From Nitratidesulfovibrio vulgaris str. Hildenborough (GTDB lineage Bacteria > Desulfobacterota > Desulfovibrionia > Desulfovibrionales > Desulfovibrionaceae): a stretch of 32,000 nucleotides of DNA. The DNA lies in contig NC_002937.3 of assembly GCF_000195755.1 (NCBI RefSeq), positions 2,190,001-2,222,000 of the forward strand, given 5' to 3'. Below are positions 1-9,675 of the stretch, in pieces. Position numbers and translations under genes: made by a program. Within the stretch, counting starts at the first letter, position 1; every line of letters begins with the position of its first letter. The notes under the pieces are model-generated. The model ran no database searches. It was not told the origin of the DNA and saw nothing but the letters and a program-made list of their open reading frames with translations.

Positions 1-3000
1 ACCCGCGGCAGCAGTTCGACCTCGACCCGCACCCCGAACGACCCGGCTTCCGCCCCCTGTTCGACGCCCACATACACGTTGTCCATGAGGTACTTGCCAG
101 CCTCGACCGAAGGGCCTTCCGGCACTGCGGGAGTCTGGGCCTGACGCGCCGGAGATGAAAGCGCCCTGTCCCCGGCGGGTGTGATGCGGGCGGTGTCCTG
201 CGTGCCGCGCCCGTCTCCGAGACGCAGCACATCGATGCCGAGCGTCTCCTGCACGGTGGCAAGCGGGTCGATGCCCGCCTTGCCCACGCCCGCCAGCATT
301 CTCATGGCATTGGCGGCCTGCAACGCCTCGAAGCGGCTCAGTTCGGTCGCCGACTTGTCGAAAAGCACATGTGCCATCACTTCATCCTGCGGCAACGACG
401 GACGGCTGTCGAAGGTGAGCGTCGGCTTCGAGGCCCGCCCTCCGACACGTATGAAGGCTGTCACGGTACTGCCCGCGTGTGAAAGCTCAAGGTCGAGGAC
501 AGGGTCGGGCGGCACGGCACCCGCGAAGGTGATTGCCCCCTTGGTGAAGACGAACGGCTTGCCGAGCAACGAGAAACGGCCCCGCACCGGTGACAGGCTT
601 CCGCGTAGCGTGGGTTTCGCCGCCGTTCCCGACACATGCAAGCGCCCCTGCCACTCGCTGTCCAGCCCCCTGCCCCGCACGAACAGCCTGTTTGGAGCAC
701 GAACCGCAATGTCCAGCAGCAACGACGCTGCATCCGGCAAGGCAACGCCAGACACTCTCCCGGCGGCGATGGCCCCTTTTTCATGCACGTTCAACGTCCG
801 CACCGTGGAACCGAGGCCGTTCACCAGTTCAAGTGTAGCCCCTTCGAGCACAAGGTCGGCATGTAGCGAAGGTGCGCGCAAGGGGCCAGTGAGTTCGACC
901 GGGCCGGAGAGTGTGACGTCGAGGTCGTCACGCCTGAAAGGGCGCAGACCTGCCATGGCCCCGCGAAGCACGATGTAGGGGCCGGGGATGGCAGCGCGTA
1001 ACTGTCCTGTTCCCGATGTGGGGCCTGCATGGTTGCCCATACCCTGTACCGCCCCGACAGAAGGCGTGGCGCCGCGCACTGAAGAGGCTAGAGGCGCAGC
1101 AACGACGCGGTCATCTTCGCCAGTGGGGAACAACGCCGACATGCCGCCGATGGCACGCGGCGACGCCCCATCCGCCAACGAGGTACCACCCTGTGCAGCC
1201 CCTGCCATGAAACCGAACCCGCCGCCCGCAAGCAGTGCCCCGTTAAGAACGACACGCCCGCCCTTGCCGTCTGCCGCGGCGAGGCGGCACACCAGCCCGT
1301 TACCCGCATCGTGCCGCAGTTCACCCGTAATATCCGTGAGCAGTATGCCCTGCACGAGGTCCTCGTACCGACCGCCACAGAGGAACCCGCGCACAGCCAG
1401 TTGCGGTGCTTCCACCGTACCCGTCACATCGACGGCGACATCGGCGCGTCCGGCAAGGCGTCTGTCCGGCAAGGGCACGAAGCGCCAGAACGGCGCCACA
1501 TCACCGCGCAGCCTGACTCGGGCCGAAACCGGCGACGCCTCCCGCAATGCCGGGGTGCCTGATGCGAGGCCTTGCACGGGCAAGGAGATGTCAGCCCGTG
1601 CCGCCTCTAGTCCCTCCAGGCCGACTTCCAAAGCTGCGGTGAGCCTGCCATGCTTCGCATCCTCCGGGGCAAGTCGCCCGGTCAGCAGCAGGCTGGCGGT
1701 AGAGGGCCGGGTGCCATCCCGGCGTACAGCATCACCGGAGAGGTGAAGATTGCCGGTCTCGAACCGGAAGGCACCTTCCGTCCTGCCCTCCACCGTGCTC
1801 ACGCGGGCCTCGCCCGAGACCTCTCCCGCCACAGGCACTGTATCGACCACGAGGCGGGCCAACGATACCGGGACATCATGCAGACGCAGCGAGGCCTCCG
1901 TCCCTGAACGCAGGTCGAAGGTCAGTTGCGCGCGCCCCTGCGGTTCGAACGCCATATCTGCGGCATCAAGACGCGGCCCACCTGCGAGGGACAACCGGGC
2001 GGGGCCGGTGAGACGCACTCCGGCACCGGCTGAAGGACGGCGCACCGCAAGGCGTTGCACCTGCACTTCAGCCCGTTGCATGAGAAGGCTGCCCGCCACG
2101 TCGGTCACAAGGTCGCCCCGCGTATGCAGGTCGAACCGGGCATCGCGGGCATCACCTTCGAGAGTCGCCCCGGCGGTGAGCCACGAGATGCCCCGCATCT
2201 CACCACCGGCAGTGGTCAACTTCAAAGAATAGCTTGCGGTTTGCAGCGCCGTGGCAAGGCTGTCGGCATACCCGGCGGCATCAAGACGCACATGGCTGGC
2301 GGAAACCGCCCCCATGTCCATCTCCGCTGCCGAGAAGACCGCCGACACAGCCTGACCGCCCCGACGTGCAGAAGTCTTGCTGACTCGAGAGGGCTGCACC
2401 TTCTCGCCGGAGAAACGCATGTGCAGTTGCGCATCTCGCCCGCTGAGGGGAAGCCCGGCGAACGCGGCGAGGGGCTTCCAGTCCATGACGACAGCTTCGA
2501 AGCCACCCGACAGGAGGCCGTCACCCGACGGCGTAACGTCACCTGGCGTTCCCTCCGCCCTAGCCCTCGAACCTTTGCCAGCCACGCCGCCCGTGCCCCC
2601 TCCCGTCCCATGTGGGGCAAAAGCCAGCGCGCCAGAGACATCCACACCAAGAAGGGTTCCACGCAATGCATCCAGCCTGAAGCCCGACGCGCCCGCCCCA
2701 TCAAGGCCCCACGTGGCGGTCACCCCCATGGGCGCTTGCCATGCCTCACGTGCACTCAACGCGACGTTTCCCGACACGGAAATCCCTGCCGGGTGTCCGC
2801 GCGGTTTGTCAGCCGGACGGCGAGAAGCATGAACGCGAGAAAGCCCCGAAGCACTCTCCCCGCGCAGGGAGGCGTCACGGACAGAGTCACGCGACACGAC
2901 ACCTGCCACATGCAGGACAGGGGCGACGATGTCGCCTCCCTTCGCCACAAGACGCGGCGACGACGCCTCCAGCGTGAACGCCGGGGATGTGGCGTCACCA

Positions 3001-5285
3001 GTGATACCCACGGCAACATGCATCGGCCCGCGCAAGGCTGCCGTGCCGGACGGCGCGGGTGACAAGACCGATATGTCAGTCAGTGCGAGGCTTGCCATGG
3101 CATTCAGCGTCTTGGCGCCTTCCCCCATGGTGTCGTGAGCAGAAGGTCTTCTCGCATCGGCTGGACGTGGCGCCTCCCGCGCACCATAGCGGAGGGACGC
3201 CGTGCCGCGTAGCCCTGCCCCCGCGAGAGTGCTCACATCGAGTTCAATGGTGTCGCCGACCACTTCGCATGTCCCCGCCACCGCCGGAGACCGTCCCAGA
3301 AGACCCGCCAGCATGGGTGACCGCCAGCGCAGACCTTCGCCCGTGATACGCCATGCCGCCTTCACACCCGCATGGACGTCGCCCCCCATGCCGTCAGACG
3401 CATCGGGCGTAGCAGCCCCTGCCCCCGATGCCACGTCACTGCGGGGCACCATTCCGGCTGATGTACCGGGCAGGGGTACGGGAACGCCATCGACCGGCAT
3501 TGGCCCGTCAGCCCTGTCAGGCGACTCCATGCCTGCGGATTGGCGGTCTTCAGCCTCGCGCTCGTCCTGCCCTCCCTGACCGACAGGAATGGCCCCGACA
3601 GTCCGGCGGGCGCTTCCGCGCTCGATGTCGACAGTTGCCCTGATACGCCCGTGGGCACCTGCCACTGCGGCAAGCCATCCCCCCTCCGCCAGTTCGAATC
3701 CCACGTCGCCCTGTACCCGACTCCCGCGCCCCGCCGCTTGTCCCTGACCTTGCCCGTTTGCATGCAGGGACGCTCCATCCGTCTCAAGGCGCAGGTCGTC
3801 CAGCAGCACGTCCATTCCCTCGCGCCGCATGGACAGCCCATAGGAAACGGGCAAATCCGCCTGCCGCCCCGGCAGACCTCCAACCTCTGCGCGACCGGAT
3901 ACACCGAGCAGTGCACCCTGCGCCGTTGCTGAACCTTGGGCGTCGCCCTCAAGGACGAGACGGCCGAAAGGCAGGGATACGAGCGGGGCAAGGCGTGCGC
4001 CATCGGCAAGCTGCGCCGCATACTGCAACGAAAAACCCGAGCCGCCCGCGCGATTCTCGAGCATGATGTTCTCTGCCGTAAACTGCCAGTGCTGCGAAGA
4101 CGCCCTCACGGAACCGCCGGAGACGACAGGCTTCGATACGGCATCACGCACGGTGGCACTCCAGCCCACGTCCACACGTTCGCCGAGAAGGGCTCGCCAC
4201 GTTTGCGGTGTCGCCGTACCGGGAACCAGCGACGCCGTCCCGGTCACCCCGACTCCTGCCAGTGCTGCCCCCGAGGATGGCACCCGACTACCCTTCGCGT
4301 CTGTGTGAGCATCCGCGCCATGCCTCTCACCTGTTAATGCGACCTCCCCCTCGAACACGAGCACATCGCCAAGGTCAGCCCTTGCCGTCGCCCGCCAGTC
4401 AGCCGCTGTCCCGTCACCCGAGAGAGAGAGGGATATCCCGCCCTGCCCGGAGAGAATCTCGCGCGGAAGCCACGGCATGAGAACGCCCGCAAGGCTGCCG
4501 GACGACGCAGCAGCATTGACCGCTGCCGCTGAATCCCCCCCCGCACCCGGTATATGGCCGCCCCCCACCGTCAGACGTGCGTCGACCCACGACCGCCCGC
4601 CGGAAGCCCCGGCGCGAAGTCGTGCGACGCAGGCGTCACGCGCATCGGTGCCCCCTTCAGGAGTCTCGACCCGCACAGTGGCGTCAGCCCGCACATCCGC
4701 GTGCCCCGGTCGCATCGTGACCGCGCCGGAAAAGGCCACCCCGAGCGGCGTACCTGCGAACGCGCCGCCCAGATGCCCATCCGTCATCTCGACACTGCCG
4801 ATGTGCAACGCGGGCAGGGTAGACAGCGAAGGACGCACAGCACCTGCCGCATCGTCCGTGACGGGCTTGTCTTCACCATGTTCCACGACAGGCGCCCGGT
4901 ACAGCCGGGGCCCGCTCAACTCCAGCGCATCGATGGAGACCTCGCCCGACAGCAGGGCCACGGGTCGCCAGCGCAAGGCCACCGTGTCCGCCGTCGCCCA
5001 TTCGCCCGAGGCGTCGCCAAGGCGCACCCCCTCCAGCGTGAGCACACCGGGCAACGGCCCGGACAGCCGGTCGTAGGAAAGGGCCACGCCAGAACGGGAT
5101 GCCGCCAGCACCAAAGCCCGCCCGACGAGGGATTCCCCTGCCGGGGTTCGCAACACCAGCAGAAGGGCGAGAAGAAGACCCGTCACACCCGCCGCGCACC
5201 ATACCGCGACACGTCGTGCGCGAGATGCATACAGCCGGGGAAGCAGGCGACCACCAAGGGCCTTGAGGGAATCAGGCCAACGCAT
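1..5285 (-). CDS. tamB: TamB-like translocation and assembly module protein (DUF490 family), >1760 aa; C-terminal end lies beyond the left window edge
   Basis: The minus frame anchored at 5285 has no listed stop: every minus-strand ORF in the track between 1 and 5285 is in another frame, so this frame is open to the edge. ATG 5285-5283 overlaps the TGA of the upstream gene (ATGA). Hand translation of the N-terminus gives MRWPDSLKALGGRLLPRLYASRARRVAVWCAAGVTGLLLALLLVLRTPAGESLVGRALVLAASRSGVALSYDRLSGPLPGVLTLEGVRLGDASGEWATADTVALRWRPVALLSGEVSIDALELSGPRLYR, a signal anchor plus a TamB-type N-terminal region. At the window edge the frame reads ...PEGPSVEAGKYLMDNVYVGVETGAEAGSFGVRVEVELLPR, which resembles the conserved TamB/DUF490 C-terminal motif. 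The gene sits directly downstream of a TamA-like gene. Confidence 0.8.
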   Translation of the reverse strand, partial: MRWPDSLKALGGRLLPRLYASRARRVAVWCAAGVTGLLLALLLVLRTPAGESLVGRALVLAASRSGVALSYDRLSGPLPGVLTLEGVRLGDASGEWATADTVALRWRPVALLSGEVSIDALELSGPRLYRAPVVEHGEDKPVTDDAAGAVRPSLSTLPALHIGSVEMTDGHLGGAFAGTPLGVAFSGAVTMRPGHADVRADATVRVETPEGGTDARDACVARLRAGASGGRSWVDARLTVGGGHIPGAGGDSAAAVNAAASSGSLAGVLMPWLPREILSGQGGISLSLSGDGTAADWRATARADLGDVLVFEGEVALTGERHGADAHTDAKGSRVPSSGAALAGVGVTGTASLVPGTATPQTWRALLGERVDVGWSATVRDAVSKPVVSGGSVRASSQHWQFTAENIMLENRAGGSGFSLQYAAQLADGARLAPLVSLPFGRLVLEGDAQGSATAQGALLGVSGRAEVGGLPGRQADLPVSYGLSMRREGMDVLLDDLRLETDGASLHANGQGQGQAAGRGSRVQGDVGFELAEGGWLAAVAGAHGRIRATVDIERGSARRTVGAIPVGQGGQDEREAEDRQSAGMESPDRADGPMPVDGVPVPLPGTSAGMVPRSDVASGAGAATPDASDGMGGDVHAGVKAAWRITGEGLRWRSPMLAGLLGRSPAVAGTCEVVGDTIELDVSTLAGAGLRGTASLRYGAREAPRPADARRPSAHDTMGEGAKTLNAMASLALTDISVLSPAPSGTAALRGPMHVAVGITGDATSPAFTLEASSPRLVAKGGDIVAPVLHVAGVVSRDSVRDASLRGESASGLSRVHASRRPADKPRGHPAGISVSGNVALSAREAWQAPMGVTATWGLDGAGASGFRLDALRGTLLGVDVSGALAFAPHGTGGGTGGVAGKGSRARAEGTPGDVTPSGDGLLSGGFEAVVMDWKPLAAFAGLPLSGRDAQLHMRFSGEKVQPSRVSKTSARRGGQAVSAVFSAAEMDMGAVSASHVRLDAAGYADSLATALQTASYSLKLTTAGGEMRGISWLTAGATLEGDARDARFDLHTRGDLVTDVAGSLLMQRAEVQVQRLAVRRPSAGAGVRLTGPARLSLAGGPRLDAADMAFEPQGRAQLTFDLRSGTEASLRLHDVPVSLARLVVDTVPVAGEVSGEARVSTVEGRTEGAFRFETGNLHLSGDAVRRDGTRPSTASLLLTGRLAPEDAKHGRLTAALEVGLEGLEAARADISLPVQGLASGTPALREASPVSARVRLRGDVAPFWRFVPLPDRRLAGRADVAVDVTGTVEAPQLAVRGFLCGGRYEDLVQGILLTDITGELRHDAGNGLVCRLAAADGKGGRVVLNGALLAGGGFGFMAGAAQGGTSLADGASPRAIGGMSALFPTGEDDRVVAAPLASSVRGATPSVGAVQGMGNHAGPTSGTGQLRAAIPGPYIVLRGAMAGLRPFRRDDLDVTLSGPVELTGPLRAPSLHADLVLEGATLELVNGLGSTVRTLNVHEKGAIAAGRVSGVALPDAASLLLDIAVRAPNRLFVRGRGLDSEWQGRLHVSGTAAKPTLRGSLSPVRGRFSLLGKPFVFTKGAITFAGAVPPDPVLDLELSHAGSTVTAFIRVGGRASKPTLTFDSRPSLPQDEVMAHVLFDKSATELSRFEALQAANAMRMLAGVGKAGIDPLATVQETLGIDVLRLGDGRGTQDTARITPAGDRALSSPARQAQTPAVPEGPSVEAGKYLMDNVYVGVEQGAEAGSFGVRVEVELLPR

Positions 5286-7615
5286 CAGAAACTCTGCCCT
5301 ATGCTGAAGTAGAACTGGAGAGGCGCGTCATCTTCTCGCGGATTGACAGGTGTCGCCACATCGAACCGCAACGGGCCGATGGCCGTATAGTACCGCAGCC
5401 CGACACCGGCACCGAAGCGCATCCCGTCTCCGAAACGCGGCATGGACTCCTCGTAGACGTTGCCCCCATCGACGAACGTCACGAGACCGAGTGTCTCGGT
5501 GATGCGCGTTCGCGCCTCAAGCCCGACCTCGCCAAACGAACCGCCGCCAAGCGGCACGTCGCCATCGCGCGGGCCCAGCGACTGGTAGGCGTAGCCGCGT
5601 ACGGAACCGCCACCACCGGAATAGAACCTGAACGACGCCGGGATGTCGGCGGGCGACTCTCCATGCAACGCCCCCGCCGCCGCCCGCAGCGCCAGCACGG
5701 TACGCCCTCCCGGCAACGCCGTGTAGGCGCTGGCGTCCAGACGGCTTCGCACCATCGACCGCCACTCGTGATACACCCCGGTATACGGCGTCGTCGAAAG
5801 GGCCGCCCGGACACCCTCATGGGGGTCGAGAAGGTTGTCGGTACCGTCGTACCTGATGGTGAGCGGTACGCCCCACATCGAATAGGAACGCTCCGGTCCC
5901 TGATGGTCGTTGATGGAACCGCCCTCGGTCGTACCGCCCGCGCTGGCCCACAGGTGCCGTGAGATGCGACGCTCGACACTGGCGGACACCGCCCCCGCGC
6001 GCTGGTCGTAGGCGTCGGAGTTCTCGTTACGTGCCCACGCATCGGCGATGAAATCCTGGTCGGGGCGCAGCAGGAACGGCTTGCGGAACGAGGCCACGAC
6101 CTCCTGCCGCCGTTCCCACACGGGCAGTTCAAGGCGCAACCGCTCGCCTCCGCCCCACAGGTTGCGATGCTCCCAGAAGGCGAGCACACCCGGCCCCAAG
6201 GCCGAATCGTATCGTAGCCCACCACCGAAGCTGCGGGGCGGGCCGTAGGTCAGGCGCGCCATCACGGGCCGACATCCGGTGGCGTCGTCATGGTCGGCGG
6301 GAACGACCTCCATGCCGCTGAACAGCCCTGTGCCGCGCAACGACTCCCTGAAACGCTCGACAAGGCGCTCATCCCACGGCTGCCCCGGTCGCCATCCGAC
6401 GTACGTCGCCACATAGTCACGTGACACGTCGTCCGCGCCTTCCACATCCAGCCCGCCCATGAGCACATAGGGGCCGGGGTCGACGGTCACGGTGGCATGA
6501 AGGGTGTGCGCAGCGTGGTCGACCTCGAATCGGGTGCCCGTGACCACTGCGAAGGGATGCCCCCGTTCATGCAGAAAGACCGGAATCCGCGCCACGGCGT
6601 CGAGGATGTCGTCCGCCCGCGCGGGGGCGCCCCCGGCGACCCCGGCGTCGGACAGTGCACGAGGGAACCCTTCGGGAACAGGGGCGGAATCGGCATCGGC
6701 CGTAGGTACGGCGATTCCGGCGGGGCGACCTTTCATGCCACCCTCTTCCGGCGTTCCGTGTGCGAACGATGGAGAGGGAACATCATCGCCCGCCCCTGCG
6801 CTGTCTGCTGCCTGACCTGTCGCGCTTGTCTGGTCTGATGCACTTGTCTGGTCTGGCGCGTCAGCCGGCCCCACCATGCCTACCACGCCCGTCATGCCCG
6901 CCTTGTCGTCTGCCACCTCTGAATGTCCTGCCCCCGCACGGTAGACCACCCGCGAGTCCGCCACCGTGTACAGCGGCCCCGGAAAGAGCGTGAGCGTAAC
7001 CCGCAAGGGTGATGAGGCTGCATCAAGCCGCCCCTCTACGCGACCGGCGTAGAAGCCACGGGAATGCAGCACGTTGCGCGCTTCATCCTCGTCAGACCGA
7101 AGGCGGCGTTCGACACCGGTGACGCTGTCGGGGGCTTGGTCGGCGAGGCGTTCCAGAAGGCTCACCCCGCGTACGGCATCCAGCAGTGCGGAGCGTTCCT
7201 CGGTGGAGACTGACGACGCACCTGCATCGTCAGCGATGGAGAAGGTCACCTCGTAGGGCACGGGGCGCGCGTCATGCGAGGTGTCTTGCTTCGCAGTCGG
7301 CGCACCCGCGCAAAGGTCGGCGGGTACCTGCGGCGGTGTCAGGCCTTCGGGCAAGATGTGCTGCGTAAGCGATGTGGCGTTTCCGGATGCGGAAGGAAGC
7401 TGCATGTCCGTATGGTGCGCGGCGTTCGTGTCTGGGGCGTCACCCGGCCCCCGGTCATGGGCACTGCCTTGCCCTGCCTGCGGTGGTGGCACCACCGTAG
7501 GGAAAGGGTCACTTCCCCCACCGTCGGACACAGGGCGGGTGCGCCCGGAACAACCGGACAAGACCAGCACGAGGACAAGACACGAAAGAAGGGCACGCAT
7601 CTGCATGGTGCGCAC
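5285..7615 (-). CDS. tamA: Omp85-family outer-membrane protein, TamA-like (POTRA region + surface antigen D15 barrel), with lipoprotein-type signal peptide
   Basis: ORF 5285..7684. The C-terminus ...GPLRFDVATPVNPREDDAPLQFYFSIGQSF ends in an aromatic residue (beta-barrel signal). The Gly/aromatic-rich barrel region is typical of Omp85/TamA. The N-terminus is MQMRALLSCLVLVLVLSGCSG (lipobox LSGC). Start assigned to GTG 7615, with GGAGGG 7 nt upstream; ATG 7606 is an alternative. Translationally coupled to the tamB-like gene. Confidence 0.75.
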   Translation of the reverse strand: MRTMQMRALLSCLVLVLVLSGCSGRTRPVSDGGGSDPFPTVVPPPQAGQGSAHDRGPGDAPDTNAAHHTDMQLPSASGNATSLTQHILPEGLTPPQVPADLCAGAPTAKQDTSHDARPVPYEVTFSIADDAGASSVSTEERSALLDAVRGVSLLERLADQAPDSVTGVERRLRSDEDEARNVLHSRGFYAGRVEGRLDAASSPLRVTLTLFPGPLYTVADSRVVYRAGAGHSEVADDKAGMTGVVGMVGPADAPDQTSASDQTSATGQAADSAGAGDDVPSPSFAHGTPEEGGMKGRPAGIAVPTADADSAPVPEGFPRALSDAGVAGGAPARADDILDAVARIPVFLHERGHPFAVVTGTRFEVDHAAHTLHATVTVDPGPYVLMGGLDVEGADDVSRDYVATYVGWRPGQPWDERLVERFRESLRGTGLFSGMEVVPADHDDATGCRPVMARLTYGPPRSFGGGLRYDSALGPGVLAFWEHRNLWGGGERLRLELPVWERRQEVVASFRKPFLLRPDQDFIADAWARNENSDAYDQRAGAVSASVERRISRHLWASAGGTTEGGSINDHQGPERSYSMWGVPLTIRYDGTDNLLDPHEGVRAALSTTPYTGVYHEWRSMVRSRLDASAYTALPGGRTVLALRAAAGALHGESPADIPASFRFYSGGGGSVRGYAYQSLGPRDGDVPLGGGSFGEVGLEARTRITETLGLVTFVDGGNVYEESMPRFGDGMRFGAGVGLRYYTAIGPLRFDVATPVNPREDDAPLQFYFSIGQSF
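6825..6860. repeat. Tandem 18-bp direct repeat (cttgtctggtctg core twice) inside the tamA-like CDS, encoding DQTSA-SDQTSA
   Basis: The core cttgtctggtctg is seen at 6825-6837 and again at 6843-6855. It lies in a low-complexity Asp/Ala/Gly/Ser-rich segment of the protein. Confidence 0.7.
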
Positions 7616-7889
7616 GATAACGCCCTCCGCCCTCTTTTGCCAACTGACAGCTTGTGCGCTGGCAATCCACGCAGGAGGGGGCAAGACAGACGGGCGCGGC
7701 GGGACGCGGGCACTCTCCGTCCTATGGCTGACGCCTGAAAGGCATGGGAAGGCGTTCCCCCGTCAGACTTCGCGCATGTAACGATGCTGCGAGGCCTGAC
7801 GGGGGTTGTCGCCGCCATCAAGGGCCGGATGATGCGCTCTTCTTCGCCAGCCCCTGCGGAACAGGGCCAATGACGACGACGTCACGCGG

Positions 7890-8753
7890 TCAGACGAGTG
7901 CCAGCAACTGGTTCCAAACTCCGTTGAACCGTTGCCTCCACTCGCCGGAATCCTGTTCCGGCAATGTCCTGCCTTCCAGCTGTGCCTGTACGAACAAGGG
8001 AGAGAAGCCGAAGCGGCCCACCAGAGGCAGGTCGTGTGTGGTGCAATAGCCGATGATGCGCTCTGCCATGCCGGGGTGGATGTCGGCCTTGTTGAGCAGT
8101 ACCGCCATGCGCACATCGAAGTGACGGGCGAGGGCATGGACACGCTCAAGGTCGTGCAAGGCCGAAACGGTGGGTTCGGTGACAGCAAGCGCGGCATCCG
8201 CCCCGGCAAGCGAGGCGATGACCGGACAACCGACACCGGGCGAACCGTCGATGAGCACGACAGACGCGTCGCGTGCCTCGGCAAGTTCGCGGGCACGGGT
8301 GCGTACGGTGCTCACCAGCTTGCCCGAATTCTCTTCACCGATGCCGAGCGCGGCATGTACCATGGGCCCGAAGCGCGTGTCGGAGACGTACCATTCACCG
8401 CAACGCCTGTCGCTCAGGCGCGCAGCCCCTGTAGGACAGACATGGGCGCATACGCCGCAGCCTTCGCAATGCTCCGGTGCCACCTGTGGTGCATAGCCCT
8501 GCGGAATGGCCCCGTACCGACAATGTGTGGTGCACAGCCCGCATGAGATACAGGCTTCGGGTTCGATGGAGGCCACGACACCACTGATGAAATCATGGCG
8601 TTCGCGTATCTCCGGCGCAAGGACGAGATGAAGGTCGGCGGCGTCCACATCGCAGTCGGCGAGCACCATGTCCTTGCCGACGGCTGCAAGCCCCGCCGTC
8701 ACGCTGGTCTTGCCCGTGCCGCCCTTGCCGCTGATGACGACGAACTGTTTCAT
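7890..8753 (-). CDS. MinD/ParA-type P-loop ATPase with inserted 2x[4Fe-4S] ferredoxin motifs (orp1-operon type)
   Basis: ORF 287 aa. Deviant Walker A at the N-terminus (VISGKGGTGKTS). Two Cys clusters are present: CISCGLCTTHC and CEGCGVCAHVCP. The ATG overlaps the stop of the upstream paralog (ATGA at 8750-8753). Confidence 0.85.
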   Translation of the reverse strand: MKQFVVISGKGGTGKTSVTAGLAAVGKDMVLADCDVDAADLHLVLAPEIRERHDFISGVVASIEPEACISCGLCTTHCRYGAIPQGYAPQVAPEHCEGCGVCAHVCPTGAARLSDRRCGEWYVSDTRFGPMVHAALGIGEENSGKLVSTVRTRARELAEARDASVVLIDGSPGVGCPVIASLAGADAALAVTEPTVSALHDLERVHALARHFDVRMAVLLNKADIHPGMAERIIGYCTTHDLPLVGRFGFSPLFVQAQLEGRTLPEQDSGEWRQRFNGVWNQLLALV

Positions 8754-9655
8754 GACCTTATCCCCTTTTCCAGAAGCCTTGCGCCAAGGTCGCGGTAGGC
8801 GGCTTCAAGGTCGTGCGAGGCATCCAGCAACAAGCCGCCACCCGCATTACGCGAAGCAGCCTCGAGGCTGAACGGCAGTCTGCCCAGTACGTCGATGCCT
8901 TCTGAGGCGGCCCATGTTGCGACCCGGTCGTCACCCATGCCGAAACGGTTGATGACGATACCGTGCGGCAATCCGAGATGGCACACCAACCCGACAGCCA
9001 GTCTGAGGTCGTGCAGCCCGAAGGCGGTGGACTCGGCCACCAGCACCACGAAGTCCGCCTCGTCCAGCGCGTTGATGGTGGCACAGGCCGTTCCGGGCGG
9101 GCAGTCCCACAGGGTGACGCCATACCCTGCATGGCTGGTGGCATTGGCGTCTTCAGCTGTGCGTTTCACGGCCTTGATGAGCGGTGTCGCCATGGCCTCG
9201 CCCACGCGCAACACCCCGTCGCGGAACGCCATGTGGCAGGTTTCGCCATGGACATGGCAACTCGCCACGCCCTGCCGCACCTCACCCACCGGACGGCTTG
9301 CCGTGCCTACCACGCCTGCCGGGCAGACGAGTTCACAGAGTCCACACCCGTGGCAGAGTTCGGCGAAGACCAGCAGTTCACCACCCAGCATGGCCAGTGC
9401 CTTGAAACGGCACGCCTCGACACAGCGACGGCAACTCTCACCGAGGCACCTGTCGGGGTCGATGGCGGGCACGGGCACACCGCAGAGGCTACGAACCTGC
9501 CAACGCGCATCCACGAACAGATGCGCGTTGGGCTCCTCGACATCACAGTCCACCAGCGTCACGGGAAGGCCCTGCATCGCATACGATGCCGCAAGGTTCA
9601 CAGCCACGGTGGTCTTGCCCGTGCCGCCCTTGCCGCTGGCTACGGCAATATTCAT
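8750..9655 (-). CDS. MinD/ParA-type P-loop ATPase with inserted ferredoxin-like Cys clusters (paralog of 7890..8753)
   Basis: ORF 301 aa. Walker A is VASGKGGTGKTT. Cys motifs are CLGESCRRCVEAC and CHGCGLCELVCP. A Shine-Dalgarno sequence GGGAGAA lies upstream of ATG 9655. Confidence 0.85.
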   Translation of the reverse strand: MNIAVASGKGGTGKTTVAVNLAASYAMQGLPVTLVDCDVEEPNAHLFVDARWQVRSLCGVPVPAIDPDRCLGESCRRCVEACRFKALAMLGGELLVFAELCHGCGLCELVCPAGVVGTASRPVGEVRQGVASCHVHGETCHMAFRDGVLRVGEAMATPLIKAVKRTAEDANATSHAGYGVTLWDCPPGTACATINALDEADFVVLVAESTAFGLHDLRLAVGLVCHLGLPHGIVINRFGMGDDRVATWAASEGIDVLGRLPFSLEAASRNAGGGLLLDASHDLEAAYRDLGARLLEKGIRS

Positions 9656-9675
9656 GCGTTCTCCCTGTCCATGTG

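Noticed and set aside
181-5312. Series of plus-strand ORFs of up to 335 aa (181..978, 988..1746, 2055..3062, 4477..5076, 4554..5312 and others), plus short minus-strand ORFs in another frame
   Set aside because: All overlap the single uninterrupted minus-strand frame that translates into a TamB-like protein with recognisable N- and C-terminal motifs. Their products are Arg/Pro/Ser/Ala-rich low-complexity strings typical of off-frame translation of high-GC genes.
7685-7889. Weak hairpin (acgcct-N13-aggcgt) between the ATPase operon end and the tamA-like start
   Set aside because: It has only a 6-bp stem with a large loop and no U-tract, which is insufficient to call a terminator.
7763-8296. 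177-aa minus-strand ORF and 204-aa plus-strand ORF (7932..8546) overlapping the first MinD-ferredoxin gene
   Set aside because: They are out of frame with or antisense to an ORF carrying the Walker A and two CxxCxxCxxxC motifs, and they have no motifs of their own.
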